Origin: Mizuhopecten yessoensis
Lineage: Eukaryota
NCBI RefSeq assembly: GCF_002113885.1
Contig: NW_018479894.1
Location: 35,707 to 99,706, forward strand
DNA: 64,000 nt
Direction: 5' to 3'
In this document: positions 35,315 to 45,900 of the stretch, piece after piece
Layout: each line of letters begins with the position of its first letter
Numbering within the stretch: position 1 is the first letter of the stretch
The notes under the pieces: model-generated
Told to the model about the DNA's origin: nothing
Databases searched by the model: none
What the model saw: the letters and a program-made list of their open reading frames with translations, nothing else
Made by a program: the position numbers and the translations under genes

Positions 35315-38300
35315 TAACAGAAGAAATTTAAAATCTATTTTGATAGATTTGATGTCAAAAAGTCACCCAATTAGTAAAACATTTGGTTAAATAAAATTGT
35401 TGTAATAGTCATACACCTAAAGAATGCACAGGCCAAAATACTGAATATAGGAATAGGCCAATGGTTCTTAGTAGAGGTTATTCAAAATGATTAAAGTTGA
35501 ATAATCTGTGTTCTCAACTCTGCTCTGTGTTCTTCACTCCATGATAACATTTTAGTCACCAAGAACATGAACTGACTGACATACAGTTTGATCAATAAGG
35601 GTACATGTACTATAAATTTGCTTACACTTTCACGTTCATTCATCAATCTTTTCAAGTAGGAATTTTCTTCGCGTAGTTTGCTCATCTCCCTGTAATAATC
35701 AACAGCCAAATATACTATAAAACATGACGGTTAGCTACAAAGTGGAATACTCTGCAGATTAGATTGAACTTCAAACTAAGACTTCACTTTTGGATATTTT
35801 ACATGCTTACCAAGTTTCATTAAAAGTGAATAATATTTAAGACATTTAATTATCTTGTGGAAAACTAGATTGGATGGATGGCGAGACAGAAGGAAGGACA
35901 AAGAAAGGCTCCAGATATCAAATATCCTGTTAAAATCTGATGTTTATACAATAATCATTTAAAGACTATCTGTTTGCTAAAACTCCATTGAACTTGCCTA
36001 TAGAAAATATTGACTGTATGTTTATTAGATGATCGTCTCACCTGTATGTTTATTAGATGATCGCCTCACCTGTATGTTTATTAGATGATCGTCTTACCTG
36101 TATGTTTATTAGATGATTGCCTCACCTGTATGTTTATTAGATGATCGTCTCACCTGTATGTTAATTAGATGATCGTCTCACCTGTATGTTTATTAGATGA
36201 TCACCTCACCTGTCTGTTTATTAGATGATCGTCTACCTGTATGTTTATTAGATGATCGTCTTACCTGTATGTTTATTAGATGATCGTCTTACCTGTATGT
36301 TTATTAGATGATCGCCTCACCTGTATGTTTATTAGATGATGGTCTCACCTGTATGTTTATTAGATGATCGTTTTACCTTTCCAGGTCATGGGTTGACTGT
36401 ATGTTTATTAGATGATCGCCTCACCTGTATGTTTATTAAATGATCATCTTACCTTTCCAGGTCATGGGAGGCTCGGATAGCTCTTTGACATTTCTCCATA
36501 ACATTCTGTTGTCTGTGGAGCTAGAACAAATAGCAAACCAGAGATATACCATATATACAAAGGCCATTCTGATATTGTCATTTGTTTATAACAGAATTCT
36601 GAAAATGGTTTCTTACCTTGTCCATCAAATATGAAAAAAATCTCCTCCTTTGATTGTGTTGGAAGTCCATGACCTTTAAAAGTAATGAATATCAAATTCG
36701 GTATTGTTGTCACAGTACAAGATATTCAGAGTCAAAAATTAATTAGCAATTTTAATGGAAATAGTCCTAAGCTGAGTGAGATCATGACAAATTTTTCTCA
36801 TATTATGAATATATTGATCTTATTGTTAGGGTAAAATATGATTAAGAATTGTCTTCAAAAAATTCCTCATAATTTTCTAAAATAGTAAATTTACAAACCT
36901 GAATGATTTTTCTGAATTCCTTTTTAAGTAAATCCATTGGATTAGTAAAAAACAATTCAACATCTGGTTTCATCTGAAAAATTGATAAAAATCAGGAATG
37001 TCAAATATAAAATGCACATTTTCATCATGATGTTTGTATAAAACGTCAAAGAAATAAAAAAAAACCCCAAATATTATGATATATAATTTGTCAACAATTC
37101 TTGCCTTATTGATCAAAACATTGTGTTGTCTTGACTGTCCAGACATTGTGTTGTCTCACCTGTCCAGACATTGTGTTGTCTTACTTGTCCAGACATTGTG
37201 TTGTCTTACCTGTCCAGTCATTGTGTTGTCTTACCTGTCCAATCATTGTATTGTCTTACATGTCCAGACATTGTGTTGTCTTACATGTCCAGTCATTGTG
37301 TTGTCTTACCTATCAAAACATTGTGTCATCTAACCTTCCCAATCATTGTGTTGTCTTACCTGTCCAGACATTGTGTTGTCCTAATTGTCCAGACATTGTG
37401 TTGTCTTACTTGTCCAGACATTGCGTTGTCTTACTTGTCCAAACATTGTGTTGTCTTACCTGTCAAGTCATTGTGTTGTCTTACCTGTCCTAACATTGTG
37501 TTGTCTTACCTCTCCAGACATTGTATTGTCTTACATGTCCACTCATTGTGTTGTCTTACCTGTCCAGACATTGTGTTGTCCTAATTGTCCAGACATTGTG
37601 TGGTCTTAATTGTCCAGACATTATTGTGTTGTATTACCTGTTCCGACATTATGTTATCTTTCCCGTCCAGACATTTTGATGTCTTACCTGCCCAGAAATT
37701 GCGTTGTCTTTCCTGTCCAGACATTTTTTTGTCTTACTTGTCCCGACATTGTGTTGTCTTGCCTCTCCAGAGATTGTATTGTCTTACCTGTCCGGACATT
37801 GTGTTGTCTTTCCTGTTCAGACATTATGTTATCTTTCCCGTCCAGACATTTTGATGTCTTACCTGCATAGAGATTGTGTTGTCTTACTGACCAGTCATTG
37901 TGTTGTCTTACCTGTCCAGACATTGTGTTGTCTTACCTGTCCAGACATTGTGTTGTTTTACCTGTCCAGTCATTGTGTTGTCTTACCTGTCCAGTCATCG
38001 TGTTGTCTTACCTGTCCAGACATTGTGTTGTCTTACCTGTCCAGACACTGTGTTGTCTTACCTGTGCAGTCATTGTGTTGTCTTACCTGTCCAGACAGGG
38101 GAATGGTTGTACACGCAGTGCCACACATTTTACACTTTCCATTGGTGACTGAAATACAAATATCATTGACCTTTTACTGATGAGTGAAAAAAAAAGATAA
38201 TCTTATCCATAATCAGTTTCATTGGTTAAGCCGAGTACTTCAAAACATTCTAAAATAAATATGTGATTCCCTATGTTTTTCTCAAATATTGTCTGTAGAT

Positions 38301-38659
38301 TGCTACTATAAAAAACAGTACAATAAAGATCTGGTTAACACATTGATATTAAAGAAACACTATGATAACATCAAAGAACATTTTAAGATGTATCAATATA
38401 CAATACTAAATGTGGATTGATAACATTTCATTGGAACATACGGATAGGTGATTTATAGATTTTCTCAATTTAAGATGACAAGCATGATTAAAATGTTAAG
38501 ATAATTAACGTTTGTATTACTTGTTAATCTTGACACTCTGTGATAATATTAACCTTGATCTATACACTTTTCACAGTATATATGGCCACAGCTTGTTAAC
38601 AGGAACTTCCCTCCATCTCCTGGTTGGTGAAAACAGGTGTTGCAATGCAGCCAATCCAT
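23436..38659 (-). CDS. RNF212: RNF212-family (Zip3/ZHP-3/RNF212/RNF212B) meiotic RING E3 ligase, 13 coding exons, about 269 aa
   Basis: Exons 38659-38554, 38148-38087, 36973-36899, 36673-36617, 36520-36453, 35689-35626, 34796-34771, 32421-32378, 32048-32009, 29869-29785, 29320-29248, 23808-23754, 23490-23436 total 810 nt; all GT-AG with consistent phases. Protein: [100 protein letters not shown], then a coiled coil, then a S/P-rich tail with [14 protein letters not shown]. Confidence 0.9.
23754..23808 (-). CDS. RNF212: RNF212 coding exon 12
   Basis: [18 protein letters not shown]; TTGTAG| ... |GTAAGA. Confidence 0.75.
24743..25651. mobile_element. TA-flanked MITE (Tc1/mariner-like) whose right TIR is expanded into an 18/10-bp tandem array at about 25305-25640
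   Basis: Left TA|ACGTCACTGTACCCAAATCAGGACA; right GTCCTGATTTGGGTAGCTGGTACAGTGACAG|TA; array unit GTAGCTGTCCTGATTTGG. Confidence 0.65.
25686..27680 (-). mobile_element. Non-autonomous Helentron (HINE), chimeric, with internal satellite of about 160 bp x 7-8
   Basis: Minus-strand 5' TTTTTAGCTCACCTGGCCAGAAGGCCAAGTGAGC plus CGTC microsatellite; 3' CAGGTGAGCGATAC plus hairpin AGGTCCAATGGACCT. GGTTGAAATCC recurs at 26452, 26610, 26777, 26939, 27101, 27259 and 27417. Confidence 0.85.
28622..28964. repeat. Perfect 67-bp inverted repeat (28622-28688 / 28898-28964) with a 209-nt spacer
   Basis: TGATTGTTGTGG...AACAAGGCC and its exact reverse complement. Confidence 0.9.
29095..29265 (-). repeat. About 35-bp tandem repeat spanning the RNF212 exon 11 donor (4 intact GTAAGT donors)
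   Basis: Plus-strand unit CACTTACCTATACGCCCACCTGAGGGGACAGTTCA. Confidence 0.9.
29248..29320 (-). CDS. RNF212: RNF212 coding exon 11
   Basis: [25 protein letters not shown], matching the conserved R.S..(S/T)PP..GR.G tail motif; donor GTAAGT. Confidence 0.85.
29785..29869 (-). CDS. RNF212: RNF212 coding exon 10
   Basis: [29 protein letters not shown]; donor GTGAGT. Confidence 0.75.
30092..31276. repeat. Minisatellite, 41 bp unit, with three interspersed copies of an extra block of about 50 bp
   Basis: Unit CATCCAGATCTCATATTTACCATAGTTACCATAAACTATTA; extra block GCTCTACAACATGTAGATAGCACAAGTTTCAGCAGGTATATACC near 30558, 30793 and 31233. Confidence 0.93.
32009..32048 (-). CDS. RNF212: RNF212 coding exon 9
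   Basis: [13 protein letters not shown]; TTTTCTCTAG| ... CAG|GTAATG. Confidence 0.75.
32378..32421 (-). CDS. RNF212: RNF212 coding exon 8
   Basis: [15 protein letters not shown]; TTTCAG| ... |GTAGGT. Confidence 0.7.
32565..34450. repeat. Minisatellite, 35 bp unit, about 54 copies; most units carry a GTAAGT donor consensus on the RNF212 sense strand
   Basis: Unit AAATCTATATAACTATGAACCCTATATACTTACAC. Confidence 0.95.
34771..34796 (-). CDS. RNF212: RNF212 coding micro-exon 7 (26 nt)
   Basis: RHIASTTN; needed for the phase 0 to 2 transition; donor CAG|GTGCGT. Confidence 0.65.
35278..35310. repeat. (CA)n microsatellite
   Basis: Read directly from the sequence. Confidence 0.95.
35626..35689 (-). 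CDS. RNF212: RNF212 coding exon 6 (coiled coil)
   Basis: [22 protein letters not shown]; donor GTAAGC. Confidence 0.85.
36014..36468 (-). repeat. 28-bp tandem repeat, about 15 copies, starting at the RNF212 exon 5 donor
   Basis: Sense unit GT(A/G)AGACGATCATCTAATAAACATACAG. Confidence 0.93.
36453..36520 (-). CDS. RNF212: RNF212 coding exon 5
   Basis: [22 protein letters not shown]; TTCTAG| ... AAG|GTAAGA. Confidence 0.85.
36617..36673 (-). CDS. RNF212: RNF212 coding exon 4
   Basis: [19 protein letters not shown], 57 nt. Confidence 0.9.
36899..36973 (-). CDS. RNF212: RNF212 coding exon 3
   Basis: [25 protein letters not shown], 75 nt. Confidence 0.9.
37117..38097 (-). repeat. 25-bp tandem repeat, about 39 copies, spanning the RNF212 exon 2 donor
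   Basis: Sense unit TGTCTGGACAG|GTAAGACAACACAA (11 exonic plus 14 intronic nt). Confidence 0.93.
38087..38148 (-). CDS. RNF212: RNF212 coding exon 2 (RING C-half)
   Basis: [21 protein letters not shown]; TTTCAG| ... CAG|GTAAGA. Confidence 0.92.
38554..38659 (-). CDS. RNF212: RNF212 coding exon 1 (RING N-half)
   Basis: [10 protein letters not shown]...[14 protein letters not shown]; acceptor TTAG|GCAATG; donor CAAG|GTTAAT. Confidence 0.92.
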
Positions 38660-39392
38660 TGCCTAACTTTAAATAAAGATAAAAATGAATTGTGATGTGA
38701 TAACTAATATTTAGATAAAGGATTACCTTTAATTTATAAACAACTGTCTGTCCCACATAATTTGTTTTTTTTTTTATTTTTCAGATTTTGAATGAAACAA
38801 ATCACCAATATTCATTCATTTTTTGTGTTGACATATCTCATTACATAATTTCGTTTTGTTGATATAAATCATCCAGCATGGTTGAAAACATCCAGCTCAG
38901 TTGAAGAATCAGTGATATTCAATGTTTTTTTTTGTAACTGCCTAACGACATCATACATACATATATATATATATGATTTTTTTTGTAGTTGTGTTAATAT
39001 GTTTCAAAGATGACTTGGCAGGTGTAATAGACAAATAAAATTATAAGATACAAAATCTGCATGGCATTCTGTTAATTCGTATTGATAAATAACATTAATA
39101 ATTTTCTCAAAAAATAAACAATTCTATATTGCAATTAACAATTGTGGTTAGGATTTTGAAAATCAACTGCATTTCTCATTTGTTGTGAAAAAAATATTGA
39201 GATAGCAATATAAATTGGATGACCTGCAGATTTTGTACAGTGACGGTTAGTTCCAACAGCAGTACACTACTTAAGGTTAATATTACGAGTAAGAGTTAAC
39301 ATTTAACAATCAAGGGGAGGTAATCATTACAGAAAATAAACGTTTAAAGACGTTGTAAAGCCTCATGCATGTCATTTGCCTTGGACAGTCTG

Positions 39393-39935
39393 CAGGGTTA
39401 GACAACTTTTTTGTTGCTATGTTGTCCACAGAACTAGTTGAACAGATTATTAAGGCCTAGCCTACTTGTCCTTTGTCAATGTAACTTGTCCAATATTTCC
39501 TGATAAGGAAACATCGCGATCTACAGCACGAAACATCAAAAGTAATCGCACAGGAGTCTGACGTTTAATTAATATATGTATAGGAGTCTGACGTTTAAAA
39601 GATAGTATACAGGGTATTTTTTTTATATATAGACTGTTATACATATATTAATTAAACGACAGACTCCTTTGGTAATCGACTGTGTAGGGACTTAAAATAA
39701 ATACTGCCATGAAAATATGGTGAAGTTTTAGGAATTTTTTGACAATTATCATGCAATAAATCTTATTTTAAGCAGTTATCTTATTTTAAGCAGTTTTCTT
39801 AGTTTTGAAAAGGAATATTCTTTTCAATAATCATATTTTTCACAAGTCCAAAGGACTAGTTAGACAAGGTGATTCACTAGTCCTTGCTGAAATCTACTAG
39901 TCCAGGACTAGCGGACTAGTGTTAGTGTCGCCCTG
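39393..39935. mobile_element. Possible degenerate hAT-type MITE
   Basis: CAGGG...CCCTG termini and repeated GGACTAG subterminal motifs; TSD only partly matching. Confidence 0.35.
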
Positions 39936-39969
39936 CCAGTAACATGGCAAATTTTGTAAATTAACGTAC

Positions 39970-40215
39970 CTTTGTGTCATACACAGGAATCAGCGATGTC
40001 CGACTCTTGATTATAATTTCGAAGAACATTCATCAGTGTCCACTTCCTCAAGAAACACTCATCGAAAAGTCCCAACAGTCAACGTCATCGAAATTCACAT
40101 GCCTCGTAGGAATGAATTAGACAAGGGCTAAAAACTAATTGGAGAACTAAGATGAAATCATCTCTTTACACATTCATAACTTTTTTTGTCACGTGACACT
40201 CTTATTTCCGGAAGT
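39970..40215 (-). promoter_or_regulatory. Putative RNF212 first exon and promoter
   Basis: Donor AAAG|GTACGT at 39969; CpG-richer region; palindromic TGTCACGTGACA E-box near 40187-40198 and TTCCGGAA ETS-like site near 40206-40213. Confidence 0.45.
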
Positions 40216-40589
40216 AGTACACTAGTTCGGGGTCGGGAAAGAGTCAATATTATCCGGCATGCACGTCCTAAAGCGTTCGGTCGACCTGGTCAACTCTTCG
40301 CGGGATATTTTGTACAAAAAATATTTCTGTTCAATTTATTCGGACAATTTATACTTACAAATAAAGTTCGAGGTTTTGAATACATGTGGCGAATTTAGGG
40401 AGAAGGCCGGGGCATCTCAGTCATCCTCTGAGCCGGATGCGCGTCTAACACTGATCAATATTTTATCTATTTATCGAGGACAAGATGACAACAGGCTAAA
40501 GAAATAATTGTAAAAAGTAATGAAAGGTATTTAGAATTCACTTTATGTTGTCTAATGTTAAAGTTTTTGTGGGGCTGATGTTAACAACC

Positions 40590-42210
40590 AAAGATATTAG
40601 AAATACAAACCCAAAAGCCCCTGGACCTGACGGACTCCCGAACATTGTATTAAAGGAGTGCGCACCCCAACTTGCACCTGGAGTCTCTATGATATTCCAG
40701 AGGTCACTGGACACGGGAATACTCCCCCAGGACTGGCTGAATGCAAACGTGGCCCCTGTGTTCAAGAAGGGAGATCGTCATGCACCAGAGAACTACCGTC
40801 CTGTATCGTTGACCTCTGTTCTCAGCAAGATCCTCGAACACATAGTCTGTCATCATTTGCTTAACCACTTTGACCAGCGCGCAATGCTGTCACCTCTCAA
40901 TCATGGCTTCCGTGCTGGTTATTCATGTGAAACCCAGCTTGCTGTCACCATACACGACCTTGTTTCCAACTTTGACGAAGGTTCACAGACCGACATCGCC
41001 ATATTGGACTTCTCTAAGGAATTCGATACGGTGCCCCATAGGAGGTTGCTGCATAAGCTGGACTCGTACGGCGTACGTGGTAATCTTCATTGATGGATCA
41101 GTTCATTTCTCTGCCAAAGGCACATGAAAGTAGTAGTGGAAGGTGAATCCTCAAGAGAAGTCCCTGTTGCCTCCGGAGTACCCCAGGGAACAGTCCTAGG
41201 CCCTCTATTATTTCTGTGCCACATCAACGACTTACCTGATGCCGTCAAGTCTCAAGTACGCCTATTCGCAGACGACTGCCTGCTATACAGGATCATACGC
41301 AACCACCAGGACCATATCACCCTCCAGCAAGACCTAAAAAATCTTGAGTTCTGGGCCGAGCAGTGGGGCATGCGGTTCAATGCCAGCAAGTGTTACATCC
41401 TAACCATCAAGCAGAAGTCATCTTACTACTACCAACTGAATAACACTATCCTCAAAGGAGTTCCGACTAGCCCCTACCTTGGTATCACAATCTTGTCTGA
41501 TCTCCGATGGGGAATCCACATCGACAAAATCTGTAAAAAAGCTAGTTCTACCCTAGGCTTTATTAGGCGGAACCTCTACCACTGCTCAGCCAAAACACGG
41601 AAATCGGCCTACATCTCGCTTGTCAGATCAACACTGGAATATGGAGCCATCATATGGGACCCATTCCTACAGTCGGATATTGACAAGCTGGAGAGGATTC
41701 AAAGGAAGGCTGCTCGATTCATCTCACGCGACCACAGAACAAGAACACCTGGATGCGTTGCCAACATGCTCAGGGACTTGGACCTGCTAACATTACAACA
41801 ACGCAGAAAGGAGCTACGTCTGACCTTCCTGTTCAAGGTGGTGGAGGGGTTGGTATCGGCTATACCACCTAAGCCCTATTTAAAACCAGTGAGAATTAAA
41901 CGCAAAGTGACAGCAAGGCATTTTAACAGCTTTATCTCAACAAACGTCGTTGAAAATAGTGTTACAAACAATAGCCGCTGTTTTCAAACTATTGCTGCAA
42001 AAACAGAAACACTGAGGAACTCTTATTTCCCCAGGACTATTATAGACTGGAACCATCTTCAGGACGAACAAGTCCTTGTGAAATCTGTGGAGATTTTCAA
42101 ATCTCGTCTCCATTCGGATTAAAAACCCCTATGCGCTCTTCCCTCCCGTTGATTATATGCCAGAAGTGGTTTTTCAACGTACAGATACAGATACAGACAG
42201 ATACAGATAA
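40590..42210 (+). mobile_element. 5'-truncated CR1-group LINE; ORF2 RT with one in-frame TGA at 41091-41093; (ACAGAT)n tail
   Basis: KAPGPDG, NYRPVSLTS, HGFR, LDFSKEFD, GVPQGTVLGP, LFADD, YFPRTIIDWN. The two ORFs share a frame. Microsatellite tail at 42181-42208. Confidence 0.93.
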
Positions 42211-42344
42211 TAAATAAATGGCCCAAAGCTAAATGGAACTTTAAAATAGACACCACAGTTCTGCAGGGAAGGAGCGGGCGGAGGGCCGGTGCTTAGAGGG
42301 GCTTGGCACTCAGCAAATAAATCTGAATCCGTGCCTGAGTAACT

Positions 42345-42512
42345 AAACATGGTGGACTGACACGAATGAAAGTGTGGAAACCGGAGTACCCGGAGAAAAC
42401 CGACATTGCCGGACAGGTAACCCAAAATCTTTTCACGTTCAATCGGGGAGTCTAACCTGGACCATCTTGGTAAAAGGCAAGTGCGCTATCCACTGCGCCA
42501 CCGACCCACCCG
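42345..42512 (-). mobile_element. tRNA-derived V-domain-like SINE
   Basis: Minus strand: GGTGGCGCAGTGGATAGCGCAC (A box) ... GGTTAGACTCCC (B box) ... GGTTTTCTCCGGGTACTCCGGTTTCC (V-SINE-like core). Confidence 0.7.
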
Positions 42513-42952
42513 TGGATATGTATAAATGGTTTCTAAGATATTCATGTCAATGTCAATTACATAAACATGTATATGTAGCTACATAATTGGCTCACTTTTT
42601 ATTGATATATGTCATTGATTTTTGTTTGATTTGATTGGTTTTTTTTATGAACCATTCGATAAATTCAGCCTCGCGTGAAAAAAGACAAGTAACATTTTGT
42701 GCCACTGGAGTACGGAAACAGTCTGCTGGTTATATCGTCGACCAGCAATTCAATCATATTCATGATTGAATCCCCAGTTAAGTTTTTCAGACAGAAATCC
42801 TTCAAAATAGTTCACAACCGTGCATTTTTAACACCGTTTGCATTTCTTCGGGGTGGGGATACACATTAAACGTTAATAAAAGAGAGATAAAAAGGGCGAT
42901 TTCCTAAATCTGTTTGATAACGAAAATCGTGCTACGTACCTGTATACTGTTA

Positions 42953-45900
42953 TAAGCCAGGATTGTCATCAGCAAAGATCAGCTGTCAGTGTCATCAGCC
43001 AGGATCAATTGTCAAAATCATGAGCCAGGATCAACTGTTAATGTTTCCAGCCATGATCAGCTGTCAGTAGTTTCCAGCCAGGATCAACTGTCAGTATCGT
43101 CAGCCAGGATCAACTGTTAATGTTTCCAGCGATGATCAACTGTCAGTATCGTCAGCCAGGATCAACTGTCATTGTCACCAGTCAGAATCAACTGTCAGTG
43201 TCATCAGCCAGGATCAACGATCAGTATTATTAGCCGGGATCAACTGTCAGTTTCACCAGCTTAAATCAACTGTATGTGTCACCAGCCGGTACAATAGACA
43301 TAATCATCAGCCAGGATCAACTGTCACTGTCATCAGTCAGGATCGACTGTCAGTATCATCAGCCGGTATTATTAGTCAGTATCATCAGCCAGGATCAACT
43401 GTCAGTTTTACCAGATTAAATCAACTGTCAGTGTCACCAGCCATTGTCAACTGTCAGTATCATCAGCAAGCATTAACGGTTAATGTCACCAGCCCGGATC
43501 AACTGTCAGTATAACAAACCAGGATCAACTGACATTGTCACCAGCTAGGATCAACGGTCAGCATCATCAGTCAGGATCAACTGTCAGTGTCACCAGCCAG
43601 AAGCAATAGTCAGTATCACCAGCCAGGATCGAACTGTCAGTATCACAAACCAGGATCAACTGACATTGTCACCAGCTAGGATCAACGGTCAGCATCATCA
43701 TTCAGGATCAACTATCAGTGTTACTAGCCAGGATCAACTGTCAGTGCTACCTGCCATGATTGATAGTCAGGATCAACTGTAATTGTCACCAGCCAGGATC
43801 AACTGTCAGTATCATCAGCAAAGATCAACTGTTAATGCCACCAGCCAGGATCAACTGTCAGTGTCTTCAGCAATGAACAACTGTCAGAACCATCACCTAG
43901 GATCAACGATCAGTATTATCAGCCAATATCAACTCTAAGTATTATCAGCCAATATCAACTGTCAGTGTCACCAGTCAGAATCAACTGTCAGTTTCATCAG
44001 CCAGGATCAACGATCAGTATCATCAGCCAGGATCAACAATCAGTATCATAAGCCGTGATCAACTGTCAGTTTCACCAGCTTAAATCAACTGTATGTGTCA
44101 CCAGCCGGTACAATAGTCATATCATGAGCCAGGATCAACTGTTAATGTTTCCAGCCATGATCAGCTGTCAGTAGTTTCCAGCCAGGATCAACTGTTAATG
44201 TCACCAGCTAGGATCAACTGTCAGTGTCAACTATTAGTCAGTATCATCAGCCAGGATCAACTGTCAGTTTTACCAGATTAAATCAACTGTCAGTAACATC
44301 AGCCGGGATCATCTGTTAATGTCATCATCCATGATCAACGGTCAGTTTCACCAGATTAAATCAACTGTTAATGTCCCCAGCCATGGTCAACTGTCAGTAT
44401 CATCAGCCAGCATTAACTGTTAATGTCATCAGTTAGGGCCAACGGTCAATGTCCCCAGCCCGGATCAACTGTCAGTGTCACCAGCCAGAAGTAATAGTCA
44501 GTATCCCCAGCCAGGATCAACTGTTAATGTCACCAGCTAGGATCAACTGTCAGTGTCAACTATTAGTCAGTATCATCAGCCAGGATCAACTGTCAGTTTT
44601 ACCAGATTAAATCAACTGTCAGTAACATCAGCCGGGATCATCTGTTAATGTCATCATCCATGATCAACGGTCAGTTTCACCAGATTAAATCAACTGTTAA
44701 TGTCACCAGCCATGGTCAACTGTCAGTATCATCAGCCAGCATTAACTGTTAATGTCATCAGTTAGGGCCAACGGTCAATGTCCCCAGCCCGGATCAACTG
44801 TCAGTGTCACCAGCCAGAAGTAATAGTCAGTATCACCAGCCAGAAGCAATAGTCAGTATCACCAGCCAGAAGTAATAGTCAGTATCACCAGCCAGGATCA
44901 ACTGTTAATGTCACCAGCCAGGATCAACTGTCAGTGTCTTCAGCAATGAACAACTGTCAGAACCATCACCTAGGATCAACGATCAGTATTATCAGCCAAT
45001 ATCAACTGTAAGTATTATCAGCCAATATCAACTGTCAGTGTCACCAGTCAGAATCAACTGTCAGTTTCATCAGCCAGGATCAACGATCAGTATCATCAGC
45101 CAGGATCAACAATCAGTATCATAAGCCGTGATCAACTGTCAGTTTCACCAGCTTAAATCAACTGTATGTGTCACCAGCCGGTACAATAGTCATATCATGA
45201 GCCAGGATCAACTGTTAATGTTTCCAGCCATGATCAGCTGTCAGTAGTTTCCAGCCAGGATCAACTGTTAATGTCACCAGATAGGATCAACTGTCAGTGT
45301 CCCCAGCCCAGACCAATAGTCAGTATCACCAGCCAGGATCAACTGTTAATGTCCCCAGCCAGGATCAACTGCCAGTAGTTTCCAGCCATGATCAACTGTT
45401 AATGTCACCAGATAGGATAAACTGTCAGTGTCACCAGCCCAGATCAATAGTCAGTATCACCAGCCAGGATCAACTGTTAATAATATCAACTGTAAGTGTC
45501 ACCAGCCAGGATCAACTGTCAGTATCATCAGCAAAGATCAACTGTTAATGCCACCAGCCAGGATCAACTGTCAGTGTCTTCAGCAATGAACAACTGTCAG
45601 AACCATCACCTAGGATCAACGATCAGTATTATCAGCCAATATCAACTCTAAGTATTATCAGCCAATATCAACTGTCAGTGTCACCAGTCAGAATCAACTG
45701 TCAGTGTCATCAGCCAGGATCAACGATCAGTATCATCAGCCAGGATCAACAATCAGTATCATAAGCCGTGATCAACTGTCAGTTTCACCAGCTTAAATCA
45801 ACTGTATGTGTCACCAGCCGGTACAATAGTCATTATCATCAGTCAGGATCAACTGTCACTGTCATCAGTCAGGATCGACTGTCAGTATCATCAGCCGGTA

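Noticed and set aside
33765-38180. Overlapping plus-strand ORFs with repeated YTYTNL or [12 protein letters not shown] peptides
   Set aside because: Antisense translations of the 35-bp and 25-bp intronic arrays.
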